A stretch of DNA of 64,000 nucleotides, taken from the NCBI RefSeq assembly GCF_057098645.1, contig NZ_CM169472.1, one strand, 5' to 3'. The translations under genes were made by a program, and so were the position numbers. This document shows, piece after piece, positions 14,288 through 26,601 of this stretch (positions within the stretch are counted from its first letter, which is position 1; each line of letters opens with the position of its first letter). The notes below the pieces were generated by a model. That model was not told the origin of the DNA, did not search any database, and saw nothing but the letters and a program-made list of their open reading frames with translations.

Positions 14288-15004
14288 TCAGTGCGTTGAA
14301 GAAGGTTTCACATGCTGCAACCAGCGTTTTTCCGCTCTGCGAAAGAGGCTGATCAGGACATAAGAGATGATTAAATAGAGCACCGCGGCAATGCCGAAGG
14401 CGGTAAAAGGTTGATACGTGGCGGCGTTAATATCGCGGGCTATTTTCAGCAGATCCGGCACCGTGGCAGTAAATGCCAACGCAGTAGAGTGCAGCATCAG
14501 GATCACTTCGTTGCTGTATGCCGGTAACGCAATACGCAGCGCAGAAGGCAAAATAATGCAGCGATACATTTTAAAAGTCGAGAAGCCATAGGCTCTGGCG
14601 GCTTCAATTTCCCCATGCGGAACCGAACGGATTGCCCCAGCAAAAATCTCGGTAGTGTAAGCGCAGGTGTTAAGCGTCAGCGCCAGCACGGTACAGTTCA
14701 GGCCACTGCGGAAAAAGGCGTTAAGAAACTCGGTCCCCTTAACAATCTCCAGCGTATACATGCCGGAATAGAACACCAGCAACTGAACATACAGCGGCGT
14801 ACCGCGAAAAATATAGGTAAATAACCAGATTGGAAACTGGATGTATTTATTACTGGAGACACGACCAATCGCCAGAAACAGCGCCAGAACTCCGCCTATC
14901 ACTACCGACAAAATAAGCAGCCACAGAGTGATCGCCACGCCGGTAAAGCGATAACCGTCGGTCCACAGCAGCGGTTTCCAGTATTCATGTAAGATTTCGA
15001 TCAC
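14288..15004 (-). CDS. hisM: Histidine ABC transporter permease
   Basis: 238 aa polar amino-acid permease; operon position. Confidence 0.95.
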   Translation of the reverse strand: MIEILHEYWKPLLWTDGYRFTGVAITLWLLILSVVIGGVLALFLAIGRVSSNKYIQFPIWLFTYIFRGTPLYVQLLVFYSGMYTLEIVKGTEFLNAFFRSGLNCTVLALTLNTCAYTTEIFAGAIRSVPHGEIEAARAYGFSTFKMYRCIILPSALRIALPAYSNEVILMLHSTALAFTATVPDLLKIARDINAATYQPFTAFGIAAVLYLIISYVLISLFRRAEKRWLQHVKPSSTH

Positions 15005-15687
15005 AGGTCAGCCCTCTTCACACCCACGGAGTAGCGGCGCTCAAGGAACAGCAGCACACCATTGGAAACGGTGGTGAAAACCAGGTAAATCACGCCACAG
15101 ACTATGGCGAAATAGAACGGCTCCCAGGTACTTTTGCCTGCCAGCTGCGTGGCTTTGACCACATCTTCCAGGCCGAGTAACGAAACCAGTGCGGTAGATT
15201 TGAGGATCACCTGCCAGTTGTTGCCAATGCCTGGCAGGGCGTAACGCATCATCGCCGGAAACATGATCCGCCGAAACACTTGCCCACGAGTAAAACCGAA
15301 CGCCGTCGCCGCCTCTATATGTCCTTTCGGCACTGCCATAAAAGCACCACGGAACGTTTCGGTAAAATAAGCACCGTAGATAAAACCGAGAGTGATAATA
15401 CCAGCGACCATCGGATCGATATCAATCTGCCCGACGCCCATCGCCTCCGTCACCGTGTTTAGCGCAATCTGCAAACCGTAGAAAATCAGCAGCATCAACA
15501 CTAAGTCCGGCACGCCACGAATCAGCGTGGTGTACCCTTCGAAAATCAGCCCCGAAAGCCGATTTTGCGAGAGCTTACCGCCAGCGCCAATTAAACCGAT
15601 GATTACAGCGAGCACTACAGAGCTGATAGCCAGCTCCAGCGTGACGAGCGCACCCTGTAAAATAACACCTGAAAACCCATACAACAT
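15001..15687 (-). CDS. hisQ: Histidine ABC transporter permease
   Basis: 228 aa permease; 4-bp overlap with hisM suggests translational coupling. Confidence 0.95.
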   Translation of the reverse strand: MLYGFSGVILQGALVTLELAISSVVLAVIIGLIGAGGKLSQNRLSGLIFEGYTTLIRGVPDLVLMLLIFYGLQIALNTVTEAMGVGQIDIDPMVAGIITLGFIYGAYFTETFRGAFMAVPKGHIEAATAFGFTRGQVFRRIMFPAMMRYALPGIGNNWQVILKSTALVSLLGLEDVVKATQLAGKSTWEPFYFAIVCGVIYLVFTTVSNGVLLFLERRYSVGVKRADL

Positions 15688-15776
15688 GCAGCCTGTCCTG
15701 TCGTGTGTGGTGAATTACCGCCTCTTGTCTCCCTCCGGTTACCCGAAGGGAGCGGGCTTTCTTTCACCGATGGCGA

Positions 15777-16559
15777 TTAGCCACCATAAACATCAAAATC
15801 GAAGTACTTTTTCGCTAATTTCTCGTAAGTACCGTCAGCGCGCATTTCGGCAAAGGCTTTGTTCAGTGCCTCGCGCAGTTCGTTATCTTCTTTACGTAGG
15901 CCCATGCCGGTCCCTACGCCAAACAGTTTTTCATCTTTAACAGACGGGCCACCGAATTTGTAATCTTTACCGACAGGTTGTTTAAGGAAACCTTCGCTGG
16001 CAGCGACCTCATCCTGGAACGCGGCATCAATACGTCCGGCAGTCAGGTCAGAATAAATGTTGTCCTGCCCCTGATACGAGACGATTTCAATGCCTTTTGG
16101 TGCCCAGTGTTCGTTACCGAACGTCTCCTGGGTGGTGCCCTGCAATACGCCTACCCGTTTGCCTTTCAGCGACTCGACTGTCGGCTGAATGTCAGAATTT
16201 TTCGCCACCACCAGACGAGAATCGGCAGCGTACAGTTTGTCGGTGAAGGCTATTTCTTGCTGACGTTTTTCCGTAATGGAAAGCGATGACATGATGGCGT
16301 CAATCTTCTTCGCTTTTAAGGACGGGATTAACGCATCCAGCGGATTTTCGACAAACGTACATTGCGTATTGATGCGTTTGCATAATTCCTTTGCCAGATC
16401 GATATCGAAGCCAACCAGTTCGCCTTGTGAATTTTTTGATTCAAATGGCGCATAGGTCGGGTCGGTACCGATGCGGATGTTTTGCGGAATCGCAGCAAAT
16501 GCCGCAGTTGCGCTGGAGAAGGCCAGAACCAGAGAGAGCGATAGCACCAGTTTTTTCAT
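15777..16559 (-). CDS. hisJ: Histidine-binding periplasmic protein
   Basis: 260 aa with signal peptide; paralog of the adjacent argT. Confidence 0.95.
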   Translation of the reverse strand: MKKLVLSLSLVLAFSSATAAFAAIPQNIRIGTDPTYAPFESKNSQGELVGFDIDLAKELCKRINTQCTFVENPLDALIPSLKAKKIDAIMSSLSITEKRQQEIAFTDKLYAADSRLVVAKNSDIQPTVESLKGKRVGVLQGTTQETFGNEHWAPKGIEIVSYQGQDNIYSDLTAGRIDAAFQDEVAASEGFLKQPVGKDYKFGGPSVKDEKLFGVGTGMGLRKEDNELREALNKAFAEMRADGTYEKLAKKYFDFDVYGG

Positions 16560-16779
16560 AATGTCCTCAACTGACAGTCTTTTTATAGGGAATATTTACA
16601 GGTTTGTTACACTTATCGTGCCATAAAATTGACCATCAAGGCAAAATATCCCGCCCCGTTAGACGTATTATTTTTCATTAAAAATGCTTAAGTATGCATT
16701 TCAATGCACCACGATAGTGCAACAAACCTGGCGTGCACCATGATGATCATTCCATCAGGTACAGCTTCCCAGCGACGTA

Positions 16780-17562
16780 TCAGTCACCGTAGACATTAAA
16801 GTCGAAATACTTTTTCGCCATCTTGTCGTAGGTGCCGTCCTGACGCAGCTCGCCAAGCGCCTTATTGAAAGCAGCCGTCAGTTCAGCATCATCTTTACGT
16901 AGCCCTACACCGGTGCCATCACCGAAGTATTTTTTGTCTTTTACTGATGAGCCAGCAAAGGCGAAGTCTTTACCAGCAGGTTGCTTGAGGAATCCTTCGC
17001 TGGCAGCAACTTCATCCTGCAGTGCAGCATCCAGACGTCCTGCAGCCAGATCGGAATAGACCAAATCCTGGTTGGCATAGGCCACCACATCCACACCTTT
17101 GCTACGCCAGGTCTCGTTAGCGTAAGCTTCCTGGGTTGATCCCTGCAGCACACCAACATGTTTACCTTTCAGTGAATCCAGCGTTGGCTGAATCGGCGAA
17201 CCTTTGGCGGCAATCAAACGAGAATCTGCGGCGTACAACTTGTCGGAGAAAGCAATCTCCTGCTGACGTTTATCGGTAATGGAGAGCGACGAAATAATGG
17301 CGTCGATTTTTTTCGCTTTCAGTGAGGGGATCAGCGCGTCAAAGTCACTGGCAACCCAGGTACATTTCACCTGCATCCGTTTGCACATCTCGTTACCGAG
17401 ATCGATATCAAAGCCAACAAAATCACCTTTAGCATCTTTCGACGAGAACGGCGCATAGGTGGTATCGGTTCCGATACGTACCGTCTCCGGTAGCGCCGCA
17501 TAGCTGGAAGCCGCTGCGGAGAGACCGACTAACAAAGACAGAGCGAGAATCGACTTCTTCAT
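16780..17562 (-). CDS. argT: Lysine/arginine/ornithine-binding periplasmic protein
   Basis: 260 aa with signal peptide; high similarity to hisJ product; synteny. Confidence 0.95.
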   Translation of the reverse strand: MKKSILALSLLVGLSAAASSYAALPETVRIGTDTTYAPFSSKDAKGDFVGFDIDLGNEMCKRMQVKCTWVASDFDALIPSLKAKKIDAIISSLSITDKRQQEIAFSDKLYAADSRLIAAKGSPIQPTLDSLKGKHVGVLQGSTQEAYANETWRSKGVDVVAYANQDLVYSDLAAGRLDAALQDEVAASEGFLKQPAGKDFAFAGSSVKDKKYFGDGTGVGLRKDDAELTAAFNKALGELRQDGTYDKMAKKYFDFNVYGD

Positions 17563-17794
17563 ACATAACCCTCAAGTGAAAATGGCTTTTTATGTTGTGT
17601 ATTGTGTTGTGTGTTTGCAGGCTCTTTCATGCAGGTCTTATGCCATCTTGACGACAACAGTAACATTCAACGTTAAATGTGTTAATAAGACGTTGCATTA
17701 TTGTCCTGAAGTTGAAGATAGCAGGTATAGCGGTTGAATCGCAGCGTTTCGATTGAATGGCAGAAACAAAATGTCGAGGATTTGATCGCGGTTG

Positions 17795-17818
17795 CAAAAT
17801 TGCCCTGAAACAGGGCAA
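17795..17818 (-). terminator. Rho-independent terminator downstream of ubiX
   Basis: ttgccctgaaacagggcaa hairpin; the reverse strand has a T-run after the stem. Confidence 0.55.
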
Positions 17819-17826
17819 CAGCGGAG

Positions 17827-18396
17827 TTATGCGCCCTGCCAGCGGGCAAAGAGATCTTCAGGAAGGGTTATCGCAAACTGGTCAAGAACACGATTAACCG
17901 TCTGATTTATCACATCATCAAGGGATTGTGGGCGATGATAAAACGCCGGAACGGGAGGCATAATCACCGCACCGATTTCTGCTGCCTGCGTCATTAAACG
18001 CAGATGGCCTAAGTGCAATGGTGTTTCACGCACGCAGAGCACCAACGGGCGACGCTCTTTCAGCACAACATCTGCCGCACGGGTCAGTAAGCCATCAGTA
18101 TAGCTATGGACAATGCCGGACAGGGTTTTGATTGAACAGGGTAAAATCACCATCCCCAACGTCTGGAAAGAACCGGAAGAGATGCTGGCGGCAATATCGC
18201 GCGCATCGTGCGTGACATCGGCTAACGCCTGCACTTCGCGCAGGGAAAAATCCGTTTCGAGGGATAAGGTCTGGCGCGCTGCCTGGCTCATTACCAGATG
18301 CGTTTCGATATCTGTGACATCGCGCAGAACCTGTAATAAACGCACGCCATAAATCGCGCCGCTGGCACCGCTGATGCCCACAATAAGTCGTTTCAT
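17827..18396 (-). CDS. ubiX: Flavin prenyltransferase UbiX
   Basis: 189 aa; MKRLIVGISGASGAIYGVRLL flavoprotein motif. Confidence 0.95.
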   Translation of the reverse strand: MKRLIVGISGASGAIYGVRLLQVLRDVTDIETHLVMSQAARQTLSLETDFSLREVQALADVTHDARDIAASISSGSFQTLGMVILPCSIKTLSGIVHSYTDGLLTRAADVVLKERRPLVLCVRETPLHLGHLRLMTQAAEIGAVIMPPVPAFYHRPQSLDDVINQTVNRVLDQFAITLPEDLFARWQGA

Positions 18397-18490
18397 AAAT
18401 AGTTGCCCTGTCAGACTTGCAGGCAGACTTTGCAGGATTTCGGCGGGAGTTGCAAGTCAGGGTGCCAGATCGGCACCCTGAGCGAAGGCA

Positions 18491-20008
18491 TCATCCTTCG
18501 TTATGCATTTCGAGATTTTCCACTTCGTTCTGACGTTGCACTGCTTTGGCGTCGTCATTACGTAAAGTATCGAGGAAATCGAGGTAGCCCTGATCAACAT
18601 CTTTGGTGACGTAGACGCCGTTGAACACCGAGCATTCAAACTGCTGGATATCCGGGTTTTCAGCGCGAACGGCGTCGATCAGATCGTTCAGATCCTGGAA
18701 AATCAACCCGTCAGCACCGATGATCTGGCGAATTTCATCTACTTCGCGACCGTGAGCGATCAGTTCCGTGGCGCTCGGCATATCAATACCATAAACGTTC
18801 GGGAAGCGAATTTCCGGTGCCGCAGAAGCGAGGTACACTTTCTTCGCTCCGGCTTCGCGTGCCATCTCGATAATCTGCTCAGAAGTGGTGCCACGGACGA
18901 TAGAGTCGTCGACCAGCAGGACGTTTTTATCGCGGAACTCGGCGCGGTTGGCGTTCAGTTTACGGCGCACGGACTTACGACGCAGCTGCTGACCCGGCAT
19001 GATGAAGGTACGGCCAACATAGCGGTTTTTAACGAAGCCCTGACGGTACGGTTTGCCCAGAATACGAGCAATTTCCAGCGCGATATCACACGAGGTTTCC
19101 GGGATCGGGATCACCACGTCGATATCCAGATCTTCCCATTCGCGGGCAATTTTCTCGCCCAGCTTCGTGCCCATATTCACACGCGCGCTGTAAACGGAAA
19201 TTTTGTCGATGAACGAGTCCGGGCGGGCAAAGTATACATACTCAAACAGGCACGGATTGCTGACCGGATTGTCAGCACATTGACGGGTAAACAACTGCCC
19301 TTCTTCAGTGATGTAAATCGCTTCGCCCGGCGCGACGTCACGCAGGAAATCAAAGCCCAGCGTATCGAGCGCTACGCTTTCGGAAGCGACCATATATTCT
19401 GTGCGGTTCTCGTCAATATCACGTTTTCCCAGAACCAGCGGACGAATACCGTTTGGATCGCGGAAAGCAACCATACCGTGGCCGATAATCATCGCCACAC
19501 AGGCATACGCGCCGCGGATTAAGCGGTTTGTAGCAGCGATGGCGGCGAAAATGTTGTCGGCTTCCAGCGGGTAGTGGCGGAAGTTGTCCAGCTCGCTGGC
19601 GAAGATATTAAGCAGAATTTCCGAGTCGGAAGTGGTGTTGATGTGGCGGCGTTTTTCTTCAAACAGTTTTTTACGCAACTCGTGAGCGTTGGTCAGATTG
19701 CCGTTGTGGGCAAGCGTAATGCCATACGGGGAGTTAACGTAAAACGGCTGCGCTTCAGAGGCGCTGGAGCTGCCAGCCGTGGGGTAACGCACATGACCAA
19801 TGCCCATATTGCCCTGCAAACGCTGCATATGGCGAGCTTCAAATACATCGCTCACCAGCCCGTTCGCTTTACGCAAACGGAAGCAGTTATTGGCATCTAT
19901 GGTGATGATGCCGGCGGCATCCTGACCGCGATGCTGAAGCACCGTTAAGGCATCATAAATCGACTGGTTAACCGGCATAACACCGGCGATACCGACAATA
20001 CCGCACAT
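18491..20008 (-). CDS. purF: Amidophosphoribosyltransferase
   Basis: 505 aa; N-terminal MCGIVGI with catalytic Cys after Met. Confidence 0.98.
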
Positions 20009-20044
20009 ACGTCTTTTTCCTCGTTAAGCCACATCTCAGAGCAC

Positions 20045-20533
20045 TTACGCTCTGGGCAAGAAACTTGACGAGCTTTGCAGATAATCAAAAAACCATCTGA
20101 TGATAAAACTGAACTGCGGGATCAGCTGTGATTTGCTCCAGTCTTCGCTTTTCGACACCCCGGTAAAGGAGTCGAGAAAGAAGAGAATGGCGGCAACAAT
20201 CAACACACCGCGCAACGCACCGAAACAGACGCCCAGCACCCGATCGGTGCCTGACAACCCCGTTTTCTCCACCAACTGGCCTATCACGAAGTTCACGATA
20301 GCACCAACGATCAGGGTAGCGATAAACAGTACCGCGATGGCAATCCCATTTCGAACCAGTTCGTCTTCAAAGCCCGTAAACCAGACTGACAGGTAAGTGT
20401 AGTAATGACTGGCAACAAAGAAAGCACAACCCCATGTCACCAGCGATAACGCTTCACGAACAAAGCCGCGGATCAGGCTAACCAGAGAGGAAAAAGCAAT
20501 CACCGCGATTATGGCGTAATCAATCCAGACCAT
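20045..20533 (-). CDS. cvpA: Colicin V production membrane protein CvpA
   Basis: 162 aa membrane protein; upstream of purF. Confidence 0.92.
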   Translation of the reverse strand: MVWIDYAIIAVIAFSSLVSLIRGFVREALSLVTWGCAFFVASHYYTYLSVWFTGFEDELVRNGIAIAVLFIATLIVGAIVNFVIGQLVEKTGLSGTDRVLGVCFGALRGVLIVAAILFFLDSFTGVSKSEDWSKSQLIPQFSFIIRWFFDYLQSSSSFLPRA

Positions 20534-20590
20534 ATGTGTCCTACGATTTTACGCCCTGTCATCCTGTTCGGGGCGCATTCTAACAGAAAA

Positions 20591-20606
20591 AGAAAACGTT
20601 TGCGTA
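20591..20606 (-). promoter_or_regulatory. PurR operator (PUR box) upstream of cvpA-purF
   Basis: agaaaacgtttgcgta matches the palindromic PurR consensus around AAACGTTT. Confidence 0.65.
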
Positions 20607-20696
20607 GGGATTTCCTTCCCGCGCATCAATAAAAATGGCGCTGAAAAAATATTCAACGCCATCGACTTTTTATGCCTTTGCGGCATCGTTCAATGC

Positions 20697-20967
20697 GTGT
20701 CGGATGCGGCGTAAACGCCTTATCCGACCTACAGTTCTAACCCTGCGTAGGCCTGATAAGACGCGCCAGCGTCGCATCAGGCAACGGCTGTCGGATGCGG
20801 CGTAAACGCCTTATCCGACCTACGGCTCTACCCCTGCGTAGGCCTGATAAGACGCGCCAGCGTCGCATCAGGCAACGGCTGTCGGATGCGGCGTAAACGC
20901 CTTATCCGACCTACGGCTCTACCCCTGCGTAGGCCTGATAAGACGCGCCAGCGTCGCATCAGGCAAG
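20697..20967. repeat. REP/BIME cluster: three tandem ~90 bp units of paired REP palindromes
   Basis: Unit gtcggatgcggcgtaaacgccttatccgacctac...gcgtaggcctgataagacgcgccagcgtcgcatcaggca is repeated three times between cvpA and dedD. Confidence 0.9.
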
Positions 20968-20973
20968 ACCGTA

Positions 20974-21636
20974 TTAATTCGGTGTATAACCCATTACCAC
21001 GCCGCTTAAGCCAGAAAGTTGCTTCAACTCACCCAGCGAACCTTTCAGCTTATCTTTCGAGGCATCTGGCCCAACCAGAATACGGGTAATTTTACCCTGC
21101 ACTGGCGTGGATGGCGACGTATAAACCCGATAACCGGCACCGCGCAGCTTACCGACAATCTCATTCACTTTATCGGCATTTTTCAGCGCGCCCAGTTGCA
21201 CAACATAGGCTTTACCCGTTGGCGCTGCTTTTTCTTCCACGACCGGCTTCGGTTCTGGCTTCGGCGCAGGTGGTGCTTCAACCTTCGGCTTAGGCGGCTC
21301 CACCGGTTTCGGCTTCGGTGGGACGACCGGTGCAGGTTCCGGTTCAAACTCGGTGTTATTGGCTGCAATAGTGGCCGGATCGAGCGACGGTGCTGCGGCA
21401 TCACCTGCCCGCACCTCTTCCGCTGCGCCTTCCGGCGGCTGCGTCGGCAACGCCTGGGTGGCGGCTGGCATCATATCAGGTTCATCGCGATCGCCCGCTT
21501 TTGGCACCAGCGGGATAGCCGCGAACTCATCCTGATAATGTTTTTTCTGCCCGTCCAGCAGCCCTGGAAGTACAATCACCCCCAGCGCCACCAGCACGAT
21601 CGTGCCCACTAACCGATTCTGAAACTTACTTGCCAC
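20974..21636 (-). CDS. dedD: Cell division protein DedD (SPOR domain)
   Basis: Pro/Ala/Glu/Lys-rich linker and C-terminal SPOR; probable GTG start giving 220 aa (ORF track extends to 21654). Confidence 0.9.
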   Translation of the reverse strand: MASKFQNRLVGTIVLVALGVIVLPGLLDGQKKHYQDEFAAIPLVPKAGDRDEPDMMPAATQALPTQPPEGAAEEVRAGDAAAPSLDPATIAANNTEFEPEPAPVVPPKPKPVEPPKPKVEAPPAPKPEPKPVVEEKAAPTGKAYVVQLGALKNADKVNEIVGKLRGAGYRVYTSPSTPVQGKITRILVGPDASKDKLKGSLGELKQLSGLSGVVMGYTPN

Positions 21637-22894
21637 CGCTTCTCCTCGCGTCAATCACTTCCATGACATGTGCGACCGTGTGGAACGAACCACACACCAG
21701 CACGGTATCTTCCGCTTTAGCGTCCGCCATTGCGGCATCCCATGCCTGCGCAACGCTATCAAATGATTTGCCGTTACCCAAATGCTCAAGCAGTTGTTCT
21801 GCCGTGGCACCGCGCGGCCCTTCCAGTGGCGCACAATACCAGTCATCAACCACGCTTTTCAACCAGGCCAGAGTTCCGGCAATATCTTTATCATGTAGCA
21901 TACCGATAACCGCCAGCACGCGCCCGTTTTTCGGTAGCGCTTTCATACACCCGGTGAGATATTCCGCCGCATGTGGATTATGCGCGACATCAAAAATAAC
22001 GCGTGGCGACTCGCTCACAATCTGGAAACGTCCCGGCAAAATTGCGCTGGCAATCCCGTCGCGAATGGCATTTTCACTGACCTCCAGCCCGCTGGCACGC
22101 AGTGCCGCCAGCGCCGTTGCGGCATTCGGTTGCGGGACAAGCGGCAACGCCAGGTTTTCCAGCGTGCCGTGAGCATCGCTAAACGCCCAGTCATGATCGG
22201 TGACGGAATAGTTCCACTCAACGCCCCGACGTTGTAACAGTGCACCTTTTTCCTGCGCCACATCAGCAATGGTAGAAGGCATTTCCGGCTCACCGACAAT
22301 TGCCGGTTTTTCGCTGCGGAAGATGCCTGCTTTCTCGCGACCAATACTTTCGCGATCTGGCCCCAGCCAGTCGGTATGATCCAGCGCAATACTGGTTACT
22401 ACCGCGACATCGGCGTCGACAATATTGGTTGCGTCCAGACGACCGCCCAGCCCTACTTCCAGAATCACCACGTCAAGTTGTGCCTGTTTGAACAGCCACA
22501 ACGCCGACAGCGTACCGTACTCGAAATAGGTCAGGGAAATATCACCGCGTGCCGATTCAATCTCCGCAAAAGAGGCGGTGTGGGCCGATTCCGGCAATTC
22601 CTTGCCCTGCACACGTACGCGCTCGGTATAACGCACCAGATGCGGCGAACTGTAGACGCCCACTTTGTACCCTGCCGCCATCAGAATCGACTCCAGCGTA
22701 CGGCAGGTGGTGCCTTTGCCATTCGTACCCGCAACGGTAAATACAAATGGCGCTGGTTTCAGGACGCCAAGACGCGCCGCGACCTGGCTCACGCGCTCAA
22801 GGCCGAGATCGATAGTTTTACTGTGCAGGTTTTCCAGATAAGAAAGCCACGAAGCCAGAGGCGACGCGGCTTGAGGAGTGCGTTTGATAATCAT
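21626..22894 (-). CDS. folC: Dihydrofolate synthase / folylpolyglutamate synthase
   Basis: 422 aa; Mur-ligase-like P-loop AGTNGKGTT. Confidence 0.96.
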   Translation of the reverse strand: MIIKRTPQAASPLASWLSYLENLHSKTIDLGLERVSQVAARLGVLKPAPFVFTVAGTNGKGTTCRTLESILMAAGYKVGVYSSPHLVRYTERVRVQGKELPESAHTASFAEIESARGDISLTYFEYGTLSALWLFKQAQLDVVILEVGLGGRLDATNIVDADVAVVTSIALDHTDWLGPDRESIGREKAGIFRSEKPAIVGEPEMPSTIADVAQEKGALLQRRGVEWNYSVTDHDWAFSDAHGTLENLALPLVPQPNAATALAALRASGLEVSENAIRDGIASAILPGRFQIVSESPRVIFDVAHNPHAAEYLTGCMKALPKNGRVLAVIGMLHDKDIAGTLAWLKSVVDDWYCAPLEGPRGATAEQLLEHLGNGKSFDSVAQAWDAAMADAKAEDTVLVCGSFHTVAHVMEVIDARRSGGK

Positions 22895-22963
22895 GGTATC
22901 CGCTGATTCGTTACGGTGAGAATAGCAAAAGGGCAGAGCCAGTGGCCCTGCCCTTATCAGTTA

Positions 22964-23878
22964 TCAGGCCTCAGGTTCCTGATCCGGTACCGGGGGTACC
23001 ACTACGCCTTCACGCGGCGCTTCAGGATTCGGCGCTGGCAGATTCATCAACTTCGCCAGAATGCTCGCCAGTTTCAGGCGCATTTCCGGACGACGGACGA
23101 TCATGTCGATCGCGCCTTTCTCGATCAGGAATTCACTGCGCTGGAATCCTGGCGGCAGTTTTTCGCGAACGGTCTGTTCGATAACACGCGGACCGGCAAA
23201 GCCGATTAACGCTTTCGGTTCAGCGATGTTGAGATCGCCCAGCATGGCGAAACTTGCAGAAACACCGCCCATCGTCGGGTCGGTCAGCACGGAGATGTAC
23301 GGCAAGCCGCGCTCCTGCATTTTTGCCAGTGCCGCAGAGGTTTTCGCCATCTGCATCAGCGACATCAGTGCTTCCTGCATACGTGCGCCACCAGAGGCGG
23401 AGAAGCAGATCAGCGGGCAGTTATCTTCCAGCGCCTGCTCAACGGCACGCACGAAACGTGCACCCACAACAGACCCCATTGAACCGCCCATAAAGGCGAA
23501 CTCGAATGCCGCAGCGACAACCGGCATTCCATACAGAGTGCCTTTCATCACCACCAGCGCATCTTTTTCGCCGGTTTCTTTCTGCGCAGATGCCAGACGG
23601 TCTTTATACTTCTTGGAGTCACGAAACTTCAGCACATCTTTCGGCTCAAGCTCGCTACCCAGCTCCACAAGGCTTCCTTCATCTAACAGGCTATGCAGGC
23701 GATTACGCGCTGTCATACGCATGTGATGGTCACACTTCGGACAGACCTCAAGATTACGTTCCAGCTCAGCGCGGTATAAAACCTGACCGCAGCTATCACA
23801 CTTAGTCCACACCCCTTCAGGAATGCTCGCCTTGCGGGTGGGAGTAATGTTGCTTTTAATTCGTTCAATCCAGCTCAT
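22964..23878 (-). CDS. accD: Acetyl-CoA carboxylase carboxyltransferase beta subunit
   Basis: Zinc-ribbon CDSCGQ...CPKCDHH; likely start MSWIERIKS (304 aa). Confidence 0.96.
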
Positions 23879-24033
23879 TAGGGACCTTTCTGTCTGAACC
23901 TGGTTCGATGCCAGTTTTATCTTTGGGGACGCATAATGCCATTTTTGCCCCCAACAGACCATGAATGTTGCACATTAAAACATAACAGCCCGAAACTTTG
24001 GATAAAAAAGTGGTCGAACCGCGGAGTTACTTT

Positions 24034-24693
24034 TTATTTTGCGGCGCGTGCCGCAGCGCGTTTGTGACGGATTATTTCGATGACGCCCGGCAAAATAGAA
24101 ACCACAATAATCCCGACGATCAGCAGCTTAAGGTTATCCTGAACCATCGGGATTGTACCGAAGAAATAGCCTGCGTAGGTAAAAAGCAGTACCCACAACA
24201 GTGCGCCGATCACGTTATAAGCGGCGAAATGACGGTACGACATGTGGCCCATTCCCGCAACAAACGGGGCGAACGTTCTGACGATCGGCACAAAACGGGC
24301 GAGAATAATCGTTTTGCCGCCATGTTTCTCATAAAACTGATGGGTTTTGTCGAGATAACTGCGACGGAAAATTTTCGAATTGGGATTACTGAATAACTTT
24401 TCACCGAACAACCGCCCGATAGTGTAATTGACCGCGTCCCCCACAATCGCGGCGATCAGCATCAGCACCACCATCATATGGACGTTGAGATCGTTGGTTT
24501 CCAGTGATGCCAACGCTCCGGCAACAAACAGCAATGAATCACCCGGTAAAAACGGCGTTACCACCAGACCGGTTTCACAGAACAAAATTAAGAACAAAAT
24601 GGCATAAACCCAGACGCCGTACTCCGCGACCAGCTCTGCCAGATGCACGTCAATGTGCAGGATAAAATCGATGAGGAAATAAATCAGGTCCAT
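24034..24693 (-). CDS. dedA: DedA family inner membrane protein
   Basis: 219 aa hydrophobic protein; synteny. Confidence 0.93.
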   Translation of the reverse strand: MDLIYFLIDFILHIDVHLAELVAEYGVWVYAILFLILFCETGLVVTPFLPGDSLLFVAGALASLETNDLNVHMMVVLMLIAAIVGDAVNYTIGRLFGEKLFSNPNSKIFRRSYLDKTHQFYEKHGGKTIILARFVPIVRTFAPFVAGMGHMSYRHFAAYNVIGALLWVLLFTYAGYFFGTIPMVQDNLKLLIVGIIVVSILPGVIEIIRHKRAAARAAK

Positions 24694-24775
24694 ATTTGCC
24701 TATGCCTTGTACTCGTCATCTTTCAGGCTGTAACTACGTTGGCTACAGCCTGAAATGTTCCGAGCATTATTCTCG

Positions 24776-25588
24776 TTAGTCCGCCAGAAATAGCGGGCCC
24801 ATTGGCGGTTTTGGAAGATCATACCGGTCAGGGTAATCCACCGCGACCAGATACAGCCCTTCCGCTTTTGCCGTTGCTGCCGCCAGCGTTCTGTCCTTTG
24901 CCGCCAGCAACTCTGCTATCCAGCTCTCCGGCTGGTTGTGGGCACCGACTTCCATCAGGCTGCCGACAATATTCCTGACCATATGATGTACAAAGGCATT
25001 CGCTTTGATATCAACCACCACATAAGGACCGTGACGCGTGACATTAATATGCATAACGTTGCGCCACGGGGTTCGGGACTGGCACTGCACCGCACGGAAC
25101 GAGGTGAAATCATTCTCGCCCAGCAAGCACTGCGCAGCCCGATGCATCCGTTCAGCGTCCAGCGGTTCGTAAAAATGGGTTACCCCTTTACTCAGTACCG
25201 CCGGGCGCAGCCGATGATTGTAGATGATGTAGCGATAACGGCGAGCCGTGGCGCTAAATCGGGCATGAAAATCATCAGGTACAGCTTTAACCCAACGCAC
25301 GGCGATGTCACCAGGTAAATTCGCATTTACGCCCAACGTCCACGCAGCGTCTTTGCGCTGCGCGGTAGTTTCGAAATGCACAACCTGCCCGGTACCGTGT
25401 ACCCCTGCGTCAGTACGCCCGGCGCAGAAGACGGTGATGGGTTCGTTCGCCACCTGGGAGAGCGCCTTTTCCAGCTTCTCCTGCACACTGCGAACTTCAT
25501 TCTGCCGTTGCCAGCCGTAATACTTACTGCCGTCGTACTCAATGCCCAGCGCAATTTTATAAACTGGCGGTTGTTGCTGGTCGGACAT
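24776..25588 (-). CDS. truA: tRNA pseudouridine(38-40) synthase
   Basis: 270 aa; catalytic-region GRTDAGVH motif. Confidence 0.96.
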   Translation of the reverse strand: MSDQQQPPVYKIALGIEYDGSKYYGWQRQNEVRSVQEKLEKALSQVANEPITVFCAGRTDAGVHGTGQVVHFETTAQRKDAAWTLGVNANLPGDIAVRWVKAVPDDFHARFSATARRYRYIIYNHRLRPAVLSKGVTHFYEPLDAERMHRAAQCLLGENDFTSFRAVQCQSRTPWRNVMHINVTRHGPYVVVDIKANAFVHHMVRNIVGSLMEVGAHNQPESWIAELLAAKDRTLAAATAKAEGLYLVAVDYPDRYDLPKPPMGPLFLAD

Positions 25589-26601
25589 TAGTACAGATAC
25601 TCCTGCACCAGTTTCTCGGCGATTTTTACTGCCATCAGCGCGCCGCCAAAGCGAACGTTATCGGCCACCGACCAGAACTGGACTTGCTCCGGCATACCGT
25701 AGTCATTACGCACGCAGCCAACAGAAAGATGCGGCGTACCAGAAGCATCACCTACCTGAGTTGGGAATTCGTTCTCTTCAGAGAGCACAATATCTTCGCC
25801 TTGAACAAACGCATCACGCGCTTCTTCTGCTGCCAGTGGACGCAGAGCTTCAAAGTTGACCATCTGGGCATGACCGTAGAATACCGGTGCCTGGACGACG
25901 CTTGCCGAAATCATCAGCCCTTCGTCCTGCAGGATTTTGCGTACTTCGTCAACGATACGACGTTCTTCACGCACGCTACCTTCGCTATCCGGCAGTAACG
26001 GCAGCATGTTGAACGCCAGCTGACGCCCGAAGAAATCTTCTTCGTCAATCGGAATGCCGTTGAGCAATTTCGCACTCTGCCCCGCTAACGCCTCGACCGC
26101 TTTTTTGCCCTGGGCGGAGGCTGAAATCAGGCTGGTAACACTGATACGCGACAAACCGCCCTGATCGATTAACGGTTTCAGTGCCGCCAGCAGCTGGCAG
26201 GTCAGACTGTCTGGTACGGCGATGACATTCCGGTTGCGGTAATCGGTCAGTACAAACGGGTTTACTTCCGGCACCACCAGCGGTACGTCGGGTTCGAGAG
26301 CAAACAATCCGCTGCTGTCGATCACCAGGCAACCTGAGTTGGTCGCTTCTTCAACCCAGGCTGCGGTAGCTTCTTTGCCTGCGACAAAAAATGCCAGCTG
26401 CGCCTGCGTCCAGTCGAATTCAGCGGCATCCTGCACGGTGATTGTCTTACCACCAAAGCGCAGTTGCTCGCCTGCGCTTTCGTTACGTGCCAGTGCATAA
26501 ATTTCCCCAACCGGGAACTGACGTTCAGCCAGCGTTTCAAGCAGGGCTTCGCCCACAGCGCCAGTTGCGCCCAGGACGGCAATGTTCCAGCCTTCAGACA
26601 T
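25588..26601 (-). CDS. usg: USG-1 protein (aspartate-semialdehyde dehydrogenase paralog)
   Basis: 337 aa; N-terminal Rossmann VLGATGAVG; stop overlaps truA start. Confidence 0.93.
   Translation of the reverse strand: MSEGWNIAVLGATGAVGEALLETLAERQFPVGEIYALARNESAGEQLRFGGKTITVQDAAEFDWTQAQLAFFVAGKEATAAWVEEATNSGCLVIDSSGLFALEPDVPLVVPEVNPFVLTDYRNRNVIAVPDSLTCQLLAALKPLIDQGGLSRISVTSLISASAQGKKAVEALAGQSAKLLNGIPIDEEDFFGRQLAFNMLPLLPDSEGSVREERRIVDEVRKILQDEGLMISASVVQAPVFYGHAQMVNFEALRPLAAEEARDAFVQGEDIVLSEENEFPTQVGDASGTPHLSVGCVRNDYGMPEQVQFWSVADNVRFGGALMAVKIAEKLVQEYLY

Noticed and set aside
20697-20967. Possible CRISPR array (regularly spaced ~90 bp repeats).
   Set aside because: The units are palindromic REP/BIME sequences with no unique spacers and no cas genes nearby; the same REP family recurs singly at 30262, 33741 and 39162.
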